Positions 1-14,721 of a stretch of DNA of 64,000 nucleotides are shown in pieces. The translations under genes were made by a program, and so were the position numbers. This DNA is from Ranitomeya imitator (Eukaryota), in assembly GCF_032444005.1 (NCBI RefSeq), contig NC_091284.1, positions 650,628,001-650,692,000 of the forward strand. Direction: 5' to 3'. Numbering within the stretch: the stretch's first letter is position 1; every line of letters starts with the position of its first letter. The notes under the pieces were generated by a model. That model had not been told where the DNA came from, did no database searches, and saw nothing but the letters and a program-made list of their open reading frames with translations.

Positions 1-129
1 CCGAGAAATATACGGCTGATGGAAGCTGCCCCATAGAGAAACATTGGTCTGTGTCCAATGCGGTTTTTGCGCCTCTCCCTCGTCCGTATTTCTTTCTAGT
101 GTGACCCTGGCCTTATAGGAATGGCATGA

Positions 130-670
130 ACAAAAAAAAATATATATATATATAATAGGCAAATGATCACATATCCCATATAAACATGTTCATTCCTCTA
201 TTATAAATAATATATTTCATGTTCATTCCCCACCTATAAAGTACAGGGAATATAATATACACCTGTTATATAGGATATGTGTTTGTTCCTCTATTATCTA
301 CATATAGTTCATCTTCATTCCCCGCCTGCCAAGCTCAGGGAATATAATATACACCTGCTTATGTGGGATATGTATTCATTTCTCTATTATCTACATATAT
401 TCCATGTTCATTCCCCACCTATAAAGCTCAGTGAATATAACATATACCTGTTTATATGGGATATGCAATCATTCCCCTATTATCTACTTATATTTCATGT
501 AACTGTTCATTCATCATCTACCAAGCGCAGGGAATAAACACCTGTTTTTATGGGATATGTGTTCATTCCCCTACTATCTACATACTGGATATTTCATGTT
601 CATCCCTCACCGATCAGGCACAGATAATATGATATACACCTGTTTATATAGGATGTGTGTTCATTATGTT
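130..670. repeat. Diverged tandem repeat, about 90-bp unit, about 6 copies
   Basis: GTTCATTCC..CTATTATCTACATAT..TATACACCTGTT.TAT.GGATATG recurs roughly every 90 bp. Confidence 0.65.
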
Positions 671-840
671 CATTCTTTTTATTTATTCCTTTTCTTCATC
701 CTTTTTAGTACGTTCCCCCATTGTTCTTTCTGTAGAGGACACACCGATGCAGATGGACGAACCTATGCAGGTGGGCGGAGTCTCTTCTCAAACTGGGTTG
801 CCTTCGGTTCGCCGTGGGATAGGGGCATGTTTCTACTGTG

Positions 841-1076
841 CCTTACACTATGGCTGGTCTGAATAACTATAGCAATTGTTACCATCCACCTCTCGTGTCT
901 CCCCTTTTCCTCATAGTTTGTAAGCTTGCGAGCAGGGCCCTCATTCCTCCTGGTATCTGTTTTGAATTGTATTTCTGTTATGCTGTAATGTCTATTGTCT
1001 GTACAAGTCCCCTCCATAATTTGTAAAGCGCTGTGGAATATGTTAGCGCTATATAAATAAAAATTATTATTATTAT
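841..1076 (+). mobile_element. 3' fragment of an L2/CR1-group LINE or LINE-tailed SINE inserted into the gag knuckle
   Basis: Ends TTGTAAAGCGCTG.GGAATATGTTAGCGCTATATAAATAAA plus (ATT)n, the same tail as the SINE near 33400. TACTGTG is duplicated at 834-840 and 1077-1083. Confidence 0.7.
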
Positions 1077-1188
1077 TACTGTGGACTTACGGGTCATTAC
1101 ATTAATGTCTGCCCATCTCGTGCCAAAGTTGGTACTTCATCTCCAAAGCCATGTTGCCTTGGTCAAGTGGAGGGAAGCAATCAGGGTA

Positions 1189-2769
<1,581 letters not shown>

Positions 2770-2838
2770 TATGTACATTTCCATCCATCTTTTTGTCTCA
2801 GTGTACTATTCCTGCTGAAGTTGTGGTTGGCAGGGTAA

Positions 2839-3144
2839 GGGTATGTGCACACGCTGTGGAATGGTGTGCGGATTTTTCCGCACTGATTTTGGTAAACTGC
2901 ACTGCGGATTTACCGCGGTTTTTGTGCGGATTCCACCTGCGGATTCCTATTGAGGAGCAGGTGTAAACCGCTGCGGAATCCGCACAAAGAATTGACATGC
3001 TGCGGAATATAAACGTTTCCGCGCATTTTTTTCCACAGCATGTGCACTATGGATTTTGTTTTCCATAGGTTTACATGGTACTGTAAACTCATGGAAAACT
3101 GCTGCAGATCTGCAGCGTCAAATCCGCAGCGTGTGCACATAGCC
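2839..3144. mobile_element. PIF/Harbinger-type MITE
   Basis: TIR GGGTATGTGCACACG / CGTGTGCACATAGCC, TAA on both sides. Confidence 0.8.
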
Positions 3145-4022
3145 TAATTGAGACTATATTGGTGCTGGTGAACAGTGGAGCTGGAGTAAATTAGGTGGAT
3201 TCTCGCTTCGTTCAGACCCATGGTCTCATGGGTAGGACACTAGCGCAACCCATTAGTATTCAGGCAATTAACTCTGTCCAAGCCAGGGGAAGGTGACCCA
3301 AGTCATAGATAATATTAACCTGCGTATAGGGACTCTTCATGAAGAGTCCCTCTCATGCTACTTCTTGGAGGATATGCCAATTCCCATCGTCTTGGGCCTT
3401 CCTTGGTTGAAGAGACACAACCCAGTCAAAGATTGGCAGTCCAGGAAAGTAGTCAGCTGGGACCAGTGGTGTAAGGACTGCAGCCTGGGAGCTTCAATCT
3501 CAACCATCCTTCTCCAACCTACCCCTTCTTCGGTGGGGGCAGCCGAGGTGCTGCCAGGGAGTAGGGGCAAAACTCAACCCACGCCACAAGTAAACCTTGA
3601 ATCTCGGCGTCCTCTCAGGAGGAGGGGTCAGGGCAAGGTGGTGGTTCCCTCTGTATGTAGTGGGGTATGAGTTTGGTGACAGGAGGACGCCGCTGTTGTC
3701 TGTTCCTCAGGGAAATTATCGTCTGTTGGCAAATGCATGCGTGGAAATACACAGTTCAGGTCTGGACCTGTGTGTGAATGAGTACATGTGGGTATCCACC
3801 AAAAATATCAGGTGGAAGTATGCTTCTGGGACCTGGAGTTCTAGGGTGATCTGGCCGTATCGGGTGTTGGCCATTCTCAGCCCGTGGACTTTCCAGCTCG
3901 AGTTACCCCCAGTAATGCACATACACAACGTATTCCACTTGATAGCTGGCTAGTCATTATGTGAACTCTGCAATCATGGAACATGTGTTTTTCAAATTCA
4001 GCCCATTGACCTTTATGGGTTA

Positions 4023-5112
4023 CTAGATGGTGGCCCGATTCTAATGCATCGGGTATTCTAGAATATGCATGTACACATAGTATATTGCACAGCGACGTAG
4101 TATATTGCACAGCCACGTAGTATATTGCCCAACGACGTAGTATATTGCGCAGCCACATAGCATATTGCCCAGCCACGTAGTATATTGCCCAGGGACGTAG
4201 TATACTGCACAGCAACGTAGTATACAGCACAGAGCCATGTAGTATATTGCCCAGCCACGTAGTATATTGCCCAGTGACGTAGTATATTGCCCAGCCACGT
4301 AGTATATTGCCCAGTGACGTAGCATATTGCCCAGTGACGTAGTATATTGGCCAGCCACGTAGTATATTGCCCAGTGACGTAGTATACAGCACAGAGCCAC
4401 ATAGTATATTGCCCAGTGACGTAGTATACAGCACAGAGCCACGTAGTATATTGCCCAGTCACGTAGTATATTGCCCAGCTACGTAGTATATTGCCCAGCC
4501 ACGCATGTCACAGGTTAAAAAAACAAACAATAAAAAAAAAACATACTCACCTTCGGATCCGAGGGCCTCTTGTAGCGCGCGGCTGCCGCCATCTTCCATT
4601 CCCAGGACGCATTGCAAAATTACCCAGATGACTTAGCGGTCTCACGAGGCCACTAAGTCTTCTGGGTAATTTCGCAATGAACGGAAGATGGCGGCCGGCT
4701 CTGCGGACAATGGAGGGTGAGTATAGCAGGTTTTTGTTTTTTTATTATTTTTAACATTAGATTTTTTACTATTGATGCCGCATAGTAAAAAGTTGGGGAC
4801 ACACAGGGTTAATAGCGGTGGTAGCAGAGTGCGTTACCAGCGGCATAACGCGGTCCGTTACCGCCGGCATTAACCCTGTGTTAGCGGTGGCTGGAGGGGG
4901 GAATGCGGGCGCCGGGCACTGACTGCGGGGAGTAAGGAGCGGCCATTTTCTTCCGAACTGTGCACGTCACTGATTGGTTGTGGCTTTTTTTCCGCGACCA
5001 ATCAGCGACTTGGATTTCCTTGACAGACAGAGGCCGCGACCAATGAATATCCGTGACAGACAGACAGAAGGACAGAAAGACGGAAGTGAGCCTTAGACAA
5101 TTATATAGTAGA
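4023..5112 (-). mobile_element. Non-autonomous Helitron with an internal ~20-23-bp minisatellite
   Basis: On the minus strand: A|TCTACTATATAA start, CCCGAT..ATCGGG hairpin, CTAG|T end. TAGTATATTGCCCAGCCACG repeats at about 4075-4500. Confidence 0.85.
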
Positions 5113-5773
5113 TAAATGGTACATATATGAAACATGTCACATACTGGAAAAAACACTGCATAAACATGCATGGTAAGAGAATGGAAAGAAAATGGATGAG
5201 TGAATGACCATGACCAACATTTTTCAATAAAATAAACGGAATTAAAGAGGTTGTCCACTAAAAAAATAGTGAGGAAAGAATGGTTGTAGATGACGAGGAA
5301 AAAGCTAACATATTAAACACCTTCTTCTCCACGGTATTCACGGTGGAAAATGAAATGCTAGGTGAAATCCCAAGAAACAATGAAAACCCTATATTAAGGG
5401 TCACCAATCTAACCCAAGAAGAGGTGCGAAACCGGCTAAATAAGATTAAAATAGATAAATCTCCGGGTCCGGATGGCATACACCCACGAGTACTAAGAGA
5501 ACTAAGTAATGTAATAGATAAACCATTATTTCTTATTTTTAGGGACTCTATAGCGACAGGGTCTGTTCCGCAGGATTGGCGCATAGCAAATGTGGTGCCA
5601 ATATTCAAAAAGGGCTCTAAAAGTGAACCTGGAAATTATAGGCCAGTAAGTCTAACCTCTATTGTTGGTAAAATATTTGAAGGGTTTCTGAGGGATGTTA
5701 TTCTGGATTATCTCAATGAGAATATCTGTTTAACTCCATATCAGCATGGGTTTATGAGAAATCGCTCCTGTCA

Positions 5774-8291
5774 TAGTAACATAGTTAGTAAGGCCGAAAA
5801 AAGACATTTGTCCATCCAGTTCAGCCTATATTCCATCATAATAAATACCCAGATCTACGTCCTTCTACAGAACCTAATAATTGTATGATACAATATTGTT
5901 CTGCTCCAGGAAGACATCCAGGCCTCTCTTGAACCCCTCGACTGAGTTCGCCATCACCACCTCCTCAGGCAAGCAATTCCAGATTCTCACTGCCCTAACA
6001 GTAAAGAATCCTCTTCTATGTTGGTGGAAAAACCTTCTCTCCTCCAGACGCAAAGAATGCCCCCTTGTGCCCGTCACCTTCCTTGGTATAAACAGATCCT
6101 CAGCGAGATATTTGTATTGTCCCCTTATATACTTATACATGGTTATTAGATCGCCCCTCAGTCGTCTTTTTTCTAGACTAAATAATCCTAATTTCGCTAA
6201 TCTATCTGGGTATTGTAGTTCTCCCATCCCCTTTATTAATTTTGTTGCCCTCCTTTGTACTCTCTCTAGTTCCATTATATCCTTCCTGAGCACCGGTGCC
6301 CAAAACTGGACACAGTACTCCATGTGCGGTCTAACTAGGGATTTGTACAGAGGCAGTATAATGCTCTCATCATGTGTATCCAGACCTCTTTTAATGCACC
6401 CCATGATCCTGTTTGCCTTGGCAGCTGCTGCCTGGCACTGGCTGCTCCAGGTAAGTTTATCATTAACTAGGATCCCCAAGTCCTTCTCCCTGTCAGATTT
6501 ACCCAGTGGTTTCCCGTTCAGTGTGTAATGGTGATATTGATTCCCTCTTCCCATGTGTATAACCTTACATTTATCATTGTTAAACCTCATCTGCCACCTT
6601 TCAGCCCAAGTTTCCAACTTATCCAGATCCATCTGTAGCAGAATACTATCTTCTCTTGTATTAACTGCTTTACATAGTTTTGTATCATCTGCAAATATCG
6701 ATATTTTACTGTGTAAACCTTCTACCAGATCATTAATGAATATGTTGAAGAGAACAGGTCCCAATACTGACCCCTGCGGTACCCCACTGGTCACAGCGAC
6801 CCAGTTAGAGACTATACCATTTATAACCACCCTCTGCTTTCTATCACTAAGCCAGTTACTAACCCATTTACACACATTTTCCCCCAGACCAAGCATTCTC
6901 ATTTTGTGTACCAACCTCTTGTGCGGCACGGTATCAAACGCTTTGGAAAAATCGAGATATACCACGTCCAATGACTCACCGTGGTCCAGTCTATAGCTTA
7001 CCTCTTCATAAAAACTGATTAGATTGGTTTGACAGGAGCGATTTCTCATAAACCCATGCTGATATGGAGTTAAACAGTTATTCTCATTGAGATAATCCAG
7101 AATAACATCCCTCAGAAACCCTTCAAATATTTTACCAACAATAGAGGTTAGACTTACTGGCCTATAATTTCCAGGTTCACTTTTAGAGCCCTTTTTGAAT
7201 ATTGGCACCACATTTGCTATGCGCCAGTCCTGCGGAACAGACCCTGTCGCTATAGAGTCACTAAAAATAAGAAATAATGGTTTATCTATTACATTACTTA
7301 GTTCTCTTAGTACTCGTGGGTGTATGCCATCCGGACCCGGAGATTTATCTATTTTAATCTTATTTAGCCGGTTTCGCACCTCTTCTTGGGTTAGATTGGT
7401 GACCCTTAATATAGGGTTTTCATTGTTTCTTGGGATTTCACCTAGCATTTCATTTTCCACCGTGAATACCGTGGAGAAGAAGGTGTTTAATATGTTAGCT
7501 TTTTCCTCGTCATCTACAACCATTCTTTCCTCACTATTTTTTAAGGGGCCTACATTTTCAGTTTTTATTCTTTTACTATTGATATAGTTGAAGAACAGTT
7601 TGGGATTAGTTTTACTCTCCTTAGCAATGTGCTTCTCTGTTTCCTTTTTGGCAGCTTTAATTAGTTTTTTAGATAAAGTATTTTTCTCCCTATAGTTTTT
7701 TAGAGCTTCAATGGTGCCATCCTGCTTTAGTAGTGCAAATGCTTTCTTTTTACTGTTAATTGCCTGTCTTACTTCTTTGTTTAGCCACATCGGGGTTTTC
7801 CTATTTCTAGTCCTTTTATTCCCACAAGGTATAAACCGCTTACACTGCCTATTTAGGATGTTCTTAAACATTTCCCATTTATTATCTGTATTCTCATTTC
7901 TGAGGATATTGTCCCAGTCTACCAGATTAAGGGCATCTCTAAGCTGTTCAAACTTTGCCTTCCTAAAGTTCAATGTTTTTGTGACTCCCTGACAAGTCCC
8001 CCTAGTGAAAGACAGGTGAAACTGCACAATATTGTGGTCGCTATTTCCTAAATGCCCAACCACCTGCAGATTTGTTATTCTGTCAGGTCTATTAGATAGT
8101 ATTAGGTCTAAAAGTGCTGCTCCTCTGGTTGGATTCTGCACCAATTGTGAAAGATAATTTTTCTTGGTTATTAGCAGAAACCTGTTGCCTTTATGGGTTT
8201 CACAGGTTTCTGTTTCCCAGTTAATATCCGGGTAGTTAAAGTCCCCCATAACCAGGACCTCATTATGGGTTGCAGCTTCATCTATCTGGTT
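5774..8291 (-). mobile_element. 5'-truncated CR1 LINE nested in opposite orientation
   Basis: TGTCA duplicated at 5769-5773 and 8292-8296. 3' tail begins at 5774. Nearly identical to the host copy. Confidence 0.9.
5874..8291 (-). CDS. CR1 ORF2 (partial endonuclease plus complete reverse transcriptase), uninterrupted for about 800 aa but 5'-truncated
   Basis: MGDFNYP and SDH endonuclease motifs; KSPGPDG, YRPVSLTS, GVPQGSVLGP and FADD RT motifs. Confidence 0.9.
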   Translation of the reverse strand, partial: NQIDEAATHNEVLVMGDFNYPDINWETETCETHKGNRFLLITKKNYLSQLVQNPTRGAALLDLILSNRPDRITNLQVVGHLGNSDHNIVQFHLSFTRGTCQGVTKTLNFRKAKFEQLRDALNLVDWDNILRNENTDNKWEMFKNILNRQCKRFIPCGNKRTRNRKTPMWLNKEVRQAINSKKKAFALLKQDGTIEALKNYREKNTLSKKLIKAAKKETEKHIAKESKTNPKLFFNYINSKRIKTENVGPLKNSEERMVVDDEEKANILNTFFSTVFTVENEMLGEIPRNNENPILRVTNLTQEEVRNRLNKIKIDKSPGPDGIHPRVLRELSNVIDKPLFLIFSDSIATGSVPQDWRIANVVPIFKKGSKSEPGNYRPVSLTSIVGKIFEGFLRDVILDYLNENNCLTPYQHGFMRNRSCQTNLISFYEEVSYRLDHGESLDVVYLDFSKAFDTVPHKRLVHKMRMLGLGENVCKWVSNWLSDRKQRVVINGIVSNWVAVTSGVPQGSVLGPVLFNIFINDLVEGLHSKISIFADDTKLCKAVNTREDSILLQMDLDKLETWAERWQMRFNNDKCKVIHMGRGNQYHHYTLNGKPLGKSDREKDLGILVNDKLTWSSQCQAAAAKANRIMGCIKRGLDTHDESIILPLYKSLVRPHMEYCVQFWAPVLRKDIMELERVQRRATKLIKGMGELQYPDRLAKLGLFSLEKRRLRGDLITMYKYIRGQYKYLAEDLFIPRKVTGTRGHSLRLEERRFFHQHRRGFFTVRAVRIWNCLPEEVVMANSVEGFKRGLDVFLEQNNIVSYNY

Positions 8292-11003
8292 TGTCAAACC
8301 AATCTAATCAGTTTTTATGAAGAGGTAAGCTATAGGCTGGACCACGGTGAGTCATTGGACGTGGTATATCTCGATTTTTCCAAAGCGTTTGATACCGTGC
8401 CGCACAAGAGGTTGGTACACAAAATGAGAATGCTTGGTCTGGGGGAAAATGTGTGTAAATGGGTTAGTAACTGGCTTAGTGATAGAAAGCAGAGGGTGGT
8501 TATAAATGGTATAGTCTCTAACTGGGTCGCTGTGACCAGTGGGGTACCGCAGGGGTCGGTATTGGGACCTGTTCTCTTCAACATATTCATTAATGATCTG
8601 GTAGAAGGTTTACACAGTAAAATATCGATATTTGCAGATGATACAAAACTATGTAAAGCAGTTAATACAACAAAAGATAGTATTCTGCTACAGATGGATC
8701 TGGATAAGTTGGAAACTTGGGCTGAAAGGTGGCAGATGAGGTTTAACAATGATAAATGTAAGGTTATACACATGGGAAGAAGGAATCAATATCACCATTA
8801 CACACTGAACGGGAAACCACTGGGTAAATCTGACAGGGAGAAGGACTTGGGGATCCTAGTTAATGATAAACTTACCTGGAGCAGCCAGTGCCAGGCAGCA
8901 GCTGCCAAGGCAAACAGGATCATGGGGTGCATTAAAAGAGGTCTGGATACACATGATGAGAGCATTATACTGCCTCTGTACAAATCCCTAGTTAGACCGC
9001 ACATGGAGTACTGTGTCCAGTTTTGGGCACCGGTGCTCAGGAAGGATATAATGGAACTAGAGAGAGTACAAAGGAGGGCAACAAAATTAATAAAGGGGAT
9101 GGGAGAACTACAATACCCAGATAGATTAGCGAAATTAGGACTATTTAGTCTAGAAAAAAGACGACTGAGGGGCGATCTAATAACCATGTATAAGTATATA
9201 AGGGGACAATACAAATATCTCGCTGAGGATCTGTTTATACCAAGGAAGGTGACGGGCACAAGGGGGCATTCTTTGCGTCTGGAGGAGAGAAGGTTTTTCC
9301 ACCAACATAGAAGAGGATTCTTTACTGTTAGGGCAGTGAGAATCTGGAATTGCTTGCCTGAGGAGGTGGTGATGGCGAACTCAGTCGAGGGGTTCAAGAG
9401 AGGCCTGGATGTCTTCCTGGAGCAGAACAATATTGTATCATACAATTAGGTTCTGTAGAAGGACGTAGATCTGGGGATTTATTATGATGGAATATAGGCT
9501 GAACTGGATGGACAAATGTCTTTTTTCGGCCTTACTAACTATGTTACTATGTTACTACTTCGACAATCCCTTCTCAATCCCTATAGTTCTCCCTTGTAAA
9601 ATAATAAGTCCTATACTCATATCCGGTGCCAGCACAGGCGCTCCTGGGGATCACGTGGCATTGTTATTTCCCTTCGGCCAATCAGTGCTGGCTTCACTCT
9701 CCTTAGGACGTATCACACACACCTGGAGTAGTGCTCTGATAAAATGTTATCCGAGTATCTCGGGCGTGCTCGAGTAATATGTTAGAGTCCCCACGGCTGC
9801 ATGTTTTGCCGCTGTAAACAGCCTCAACACATTCGGGGATAGCTTAACAGCCACAAAACATGCAGCCGCAGGAACTTGAACATATTATTCAAGCACGCCG
9901 AAGATACTCAGATAACACCTTATCCGAGCACGTTCACTCATCACTAATCTGGAGAAAGTGATACCTGCTGTTCTCTCACTTCCAAGGTATGTATGCGATA
10001 CGTTCGAAGGCGAAGAGAGAAGCCAGTACTGTGTGACAATGTCATGTGATCCCCGAGCAAGCCATTGCCGATACCGCTGGAACGGCACTGGCACCAGAAG
10101 AGAGAGGCCGTGGTCACACTTGCGTGTGCAATGCGAGAAACTCGCATGAGTCTCTCGCATCAATACACGGAACTTCCGCCGGCCCTCGGGACAGGAGTGT
10201 TCAGCTCCATGTATTTCTATGCAGCTGAACGCTTTGGTCCCGAGTGCCGGCGGCAGTGCCGATTATTGATGCGAGAGACTCATGCGAGATTCTCACATTG
10301 CACACACAAGTGTGAACCCGGCCTTAGTGTTATTATTTTACAGCGGGGAAACATTGGGATTGAGAAGGAGCCATCTGAATAGTGGACAACCCCTTTTATA
10401 CAGATCTGTTACCAATGTGAATGTGCTCTGAGGGAGTCTTGAGAGATGCTTCATGCTGGCTGTTCACACCAGACCAGAGGTGCTGAAACCTGCAGATCTT
10501 GCGGGACTGGCTGACCATATAATGACTCAGATTCATCATTTAAATAACAGAAAAACTGACTGAAACATCAAAAACTAGTCTAAACAGGTGCATACCAAAA
10601 AAAAGCAACTTACATACCAAAATGCAAAAATGGTGGCACTCAATCATGTTAAAGCATGTCAATGTGAAATACATGAAGTGTTAATAGCAAAATGGCTTTT
10701 GAAATTTAGGAAAAATACACATGAGACGCTTTGCACAAAATTTGGCCAAATAGTGTGAGTCCATGTCATGATCCTGGTCGGAGTTTGATTTCTGCTTCTC
10801 CTCCTCCGGCCTGGTCATGGTGGGGTTAACCATTTCTACCTCTCTTTGGTTTAGGGGTGGCTATTTCTTGGTGCTCTTGCTGGCAGCTCGTGTCAGTGAT
10901 AGTTTTCGGCTTTAGCTTGAGCTGCTGATCCGTGATACCCCAGTGTTCCTTTTGACTCTGACTTTCCGTACCCGTATCTGACCTGTCCCCTGTACCTGAC
11001 TTG

Positions 11004-11379
11004 GGGTATGTGCACACGTTGCGGATTGGCCTGCGGAATTTTCCACACATAATCTGCATCTCTTGACAGAAAACGCAGGCCAAAATGGTTGCAGAAATTG
11101 ATGCGGATTTCTTGCACATTACTTGTGGATTTGTTGCGGATTGTCTGGGGTTTATTGATGTGCGGATTTGCCTTACTCAATATATCGGCAATGTGTGCAG
11201 AAAAACTGCGCACAAAGAATTGACATGCTGCGGAAAATAAACTGTTGTGTTTCTGCATGGAATTTCCTGCACCATGTGCACAGCGGTTTTTGTTTTTCAT
11301 AGGTTTACATGGTACTGTACACCGCATGGACAACTGCTGCGGATTCGCAGGGCCAAATCCGCAATGTTTGCACATACCC
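11004..11379. mobile_element. PIF/Harbinger-type MITE
   Basis: TIR GGGTATGTGCACACG / TGCACATACCC followed by TTA. Confidence 0.7.
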
Positions 11380-12378
11380 TTAGTGTTACTCTGGTGTCTA
11401 TTCCCCTCCGTGGCTGGGCTTGAACTGACTTTGTCTCCTGTCTTTGTTACCACACGCTCGACCGGCGCTGACCTACTGGCCTAACTCTGATTTTCTTCTC
11501 TGTCTCATGTCTCTGGTACCTCTGCTCTAGTCTGGTTCTGACCCTCGGCTTGTATTTGACCACAAGTTCTGTTTTCCCCTTTAAACATTACGCTTACTGA
11601 CTTGGCTCGTTTGGAATCCTCTCTATCGCCACCTGGTGCGGTGAAGTCTGCACTGTGCTGCTGCGCAGCAGGTGCAACCTCTTCTCTCACCAACAACCCC
11701 TGGTGGAGTGTGCATTATAGCCCATCAACCATCGTCAAGGTAATCTCATGAACCTGAATGGCTAATATCTGAATGTATGGCTGAATATAAATACCTCTCT
11801 GAACTTGATGTGATTAGATGTAATTAAAATCACTGCATAATGAAGGGCGGAGTGCTCAGTCAGAAAGCTTAGCATATAAATAACATAAAAACTAAGAACT
11901 AGTCTTTTTGCAGCAAATACATTATTCTAGATTTTTTTTTATTTTTAAGTCTATTTTATGTGTGCACGCCAGTCTTTTTTTATGTTTTCCACCTTGTGGG
12001 CAAAGTTTAGCAGTTCCAGATGTTTTTACCTGATTCATCTATTGCAACTTTAAACAAAACAAAATTTCTTAAAATTTGGTGCAATTTCACATCACTCCCC
12101 AGCTGTATTTTTTAGAAGGCCAACATTTTAGTTAATTTTTTTGGCGACATTTGGTGTCAAAAGCCAATTTTTAACTTTGCACCAAGTTAATTAATTACGG
12201 TACTTGTGCCATTTTGAAGGGTTTGATACCAAAAACGCCACCTAATACCACAAGACAAAAAAGAAAGTGATGTAAAACGGCAAATGATGAATAGGGGCCC
12301 CATAAAAGTCCCTGGAGATAGATCCTAAGGGAAGAGAAGGATCAACATGATGGAGTCTCACTACTTATTCCCCTCTAA

Positions 12379-14721
12379 GGCTATGTGCGCACGTTGCGTA
12401 TTTCCTTGCAGAAATTTCTGCAAGGTTTCTGCATCTCTTGGCAGAAAAATGCAGATGGAAATACGCATGTTTTTTCATGCGTTTTTGTAAATCCATAGCG
12501 CTAAATAAAGATATATTATTAAAAAAAAAAAAATTTGTGATTTAATTTCCTTGTTCAACCTCTTCAGCCAGATACCCTCATTAATAATAAATAAACACAG
12601 TCACAAGCCTATGTAGGAGCATTAACATAATTATCCTACATATGATTAACAAAAAAGCAACTGTCAGAAATCTGCATGAAATGCAATATCTGTTTATTTT
12701 TCTAAAAATTAAAAAATAATTTTTGCGTGGGCTCCCACATAATTTTAATAACCAGTAGCGGGAAAGCCTACGGCCGATGTTAATATTCTGGGAAGAAACC
12801 ACTAGCTAAAGGTTCCCAGGCTATTAATATCAGCTCACAGCTGTTTGCTTAGCCTTTACTGGCTAGTTTACAGGGGAACCCCAGAAAAAAAATATGACAT
12901 GGGGGTCCCCCTATAAAATCGAACCAGCAAAAGCTAGGCAGACATCTGCGGGCTGATATTAATAGCCTGGGAAGGGGCCATGGATATTGGCATCCCCCAG
13001 GCTAAAATCATCAGCTCTCAGCCACCCCAGAAATGGCGCATCTAATAGATGCGCCAATTCTGGCACTTAGTCTCGCTCTTCCCACTTGCCCTGTAGCGGT
13101 GGCAAGTGGGGTTCATATTTGTGGGGTTGATGTCACCTTTGTATTGTCAGGTGACATCAAGCCCACATGTTAGTAATGGAGAGGTATCTATAAGACACCT
13201 ATCCATTACTAATCCTATAGTTACATGGTAAATAAAGACACGGCCAGAATAAAGTCCTATATTTTAAATAATCACACAGACTCCTTTATTGAATCTAAGT
13301 TTACCATACTTACTGAACGCCTAATCCCCGACGCCCTCATCTCCTGCAAACAACAAAAACAAAAAAAAAACCATGAAATACTATCCTGTCCGACGTAGTC
13401 CACTTAATACCTAGTGGTCCACAGCGATCTCACGTGTAGAACAGTCACATCAGGAGATGTGATCGCTCTACCCGGCGATACACTGACAGGAAGTAATCGC
13501 TCCTGTAGTGTATCACTGAGCCGCCGTGAGAGTTCACCGGAGTTAATCAGCTCCGGTGCTCTCACTTACAGCACTACCGCTGTGTGAGAACTTTCGCACA
13601 CAGCAGTGCCGTATGTGAGAGTATCGGAGCTGATCAGCTGATGAACTCTAGTGAACTCTCACGGCAGCTCAGTGATACACTGACAGGAGGTAATCACTCC
13701 CGCAGTGTATCACCGGCGGCCGGATGAGATCGATGTGGGACACTCGGTATTAAATGGACTACGGCGGAAAGATGAATATATTGGTTTATTTATATTGGTT
13801 TATATATTATTGGTTTATATATTATATTTATATTGGTTTATAAGATATGTTGGTTTATTATTTTTGATTGCTTACCGGAGACACGGGCATTGTGGATTAG
13901 GTGTACGGTGAGTATGTATTTTGTATGTGAATATGTAAATGTTTTAATGTTTTTTTTACAATTGAACACAGGCGCTGGATGATGAGACTATTATCCCATC
14001 ATCGGCTCATGCTGTCTCTGTTATATGTGACAAAATACATAGCCGGATGGGAGTAGTAGTCCCATCAGCTGACGCCTGGGTACACACGTCACATGGGTAC
14101 ACACACTCTCCATCCACACACAGAGACACACGCACATTGTCCGCCCACACACATTCTCCATAAGCACACACGAACATATTCTCCATACACACACACAAAC
14201 ATATTCTCCGCCCACAGAGACACACACACACACACGCACATATTCTCCGCCCACACACAGACACTCACATTGTCCGCACACACACACACATTCTCTGCCC
14301 ACACACACATTCTCCGCCCTCACACACACACACATTCTCCGCCCTCACACACATTCTCTGCCCACACAGACACACGCACATATTCTCGTCCCACACACTC
14401 TTCCTCCTTCGGACAATTCCTTTGACAACTCGAAGCGTTTTTGGCAGCACATCTGCAGCAAATAAGCAAACCTTTTTACACCTGTGTTTTTGCTGCAGAT
14501 TTGACTGACTCAATTGAAGTCAATCAATCAAAAATGCTGCAGAAACGCAAAAAGAATTGACATGCTGCAAAAAATAAAATGCTGCAAATACACACTGAAA
14601 TTTACAGATCATATGCACAACACTTCAAGATTGTCACTGAATTATCTTGCTTTATTATTCGTGTTTTGGGGGCATTCACGAGCGTAAAAAAGTCCCAAAA
14701 ACGCATCGTGTGTACATAGCC
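12379..14721. mobile_element. Large non-autonomous Harbinger-type element
   Basis: TAA|GGCTATGTGCGCACG ... CGTGTGTACATAGCC|TAA. Internal segments are shared with 27700-29160. Confidence 0.7.
14095..14400. repeat. CA-rich compound micro/minisatellite
   Basis: (CACACACATTCTCCGCC)-like units. Confidence 0.85.

Larger units (their letters stand above)
5259..9557 (+). mobile_element. 5'-truncated CR1 LINE (host copy), split at 5773/8292 by a second CR1
   Basis: RT N-terminal part 5280-5773 ends FMRNRSC and resumes QTNLISFYEE at about 8295. FADD motif. (CTATGTTA)n tail at about 9537-9557. Confidence 0.9.
5246..10394. mobile_element. T2/Kolobok-type MITE hosting the CR1 pair and smaller MITEs
   Basis: TTAA|AGAGGTTGTCCACTA ... 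TAGTGGACAACCCCT|TTTA. Its sequence resumes after the CR1 tail at about 9557. Confidence 0.65.

Noticed and set aside
715-866. Polypyrimidine tract plus AG followed by an open frame, resembling a plus-strand host exon
   Set aside because: The peptide is a Gypsy gag EPMQ..CCHC fragment, and no other exons of a plus-strand gene were found.
3877-4462. Several 130-220-aa ORFs here and at 33592-34391, 14007-14425, 44925-45894 and 52200-53234
   Set aside because: They are translations of minisatellites, microsatellites or tandem units, not genes.
5881-9445. Antisense ORFs of 130-215 aa overlapping CR1 (also 58348-59718)
   Set aside because: Shadow frames of the reverse transcriptase coding strand, repeated identically in each copy.
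10764-11700. Possible solo LTR (TGTCATGA ... CCAACA)
   Set aside because: No matching target-site duplication could be found, so the boundaries and class are unsupported.
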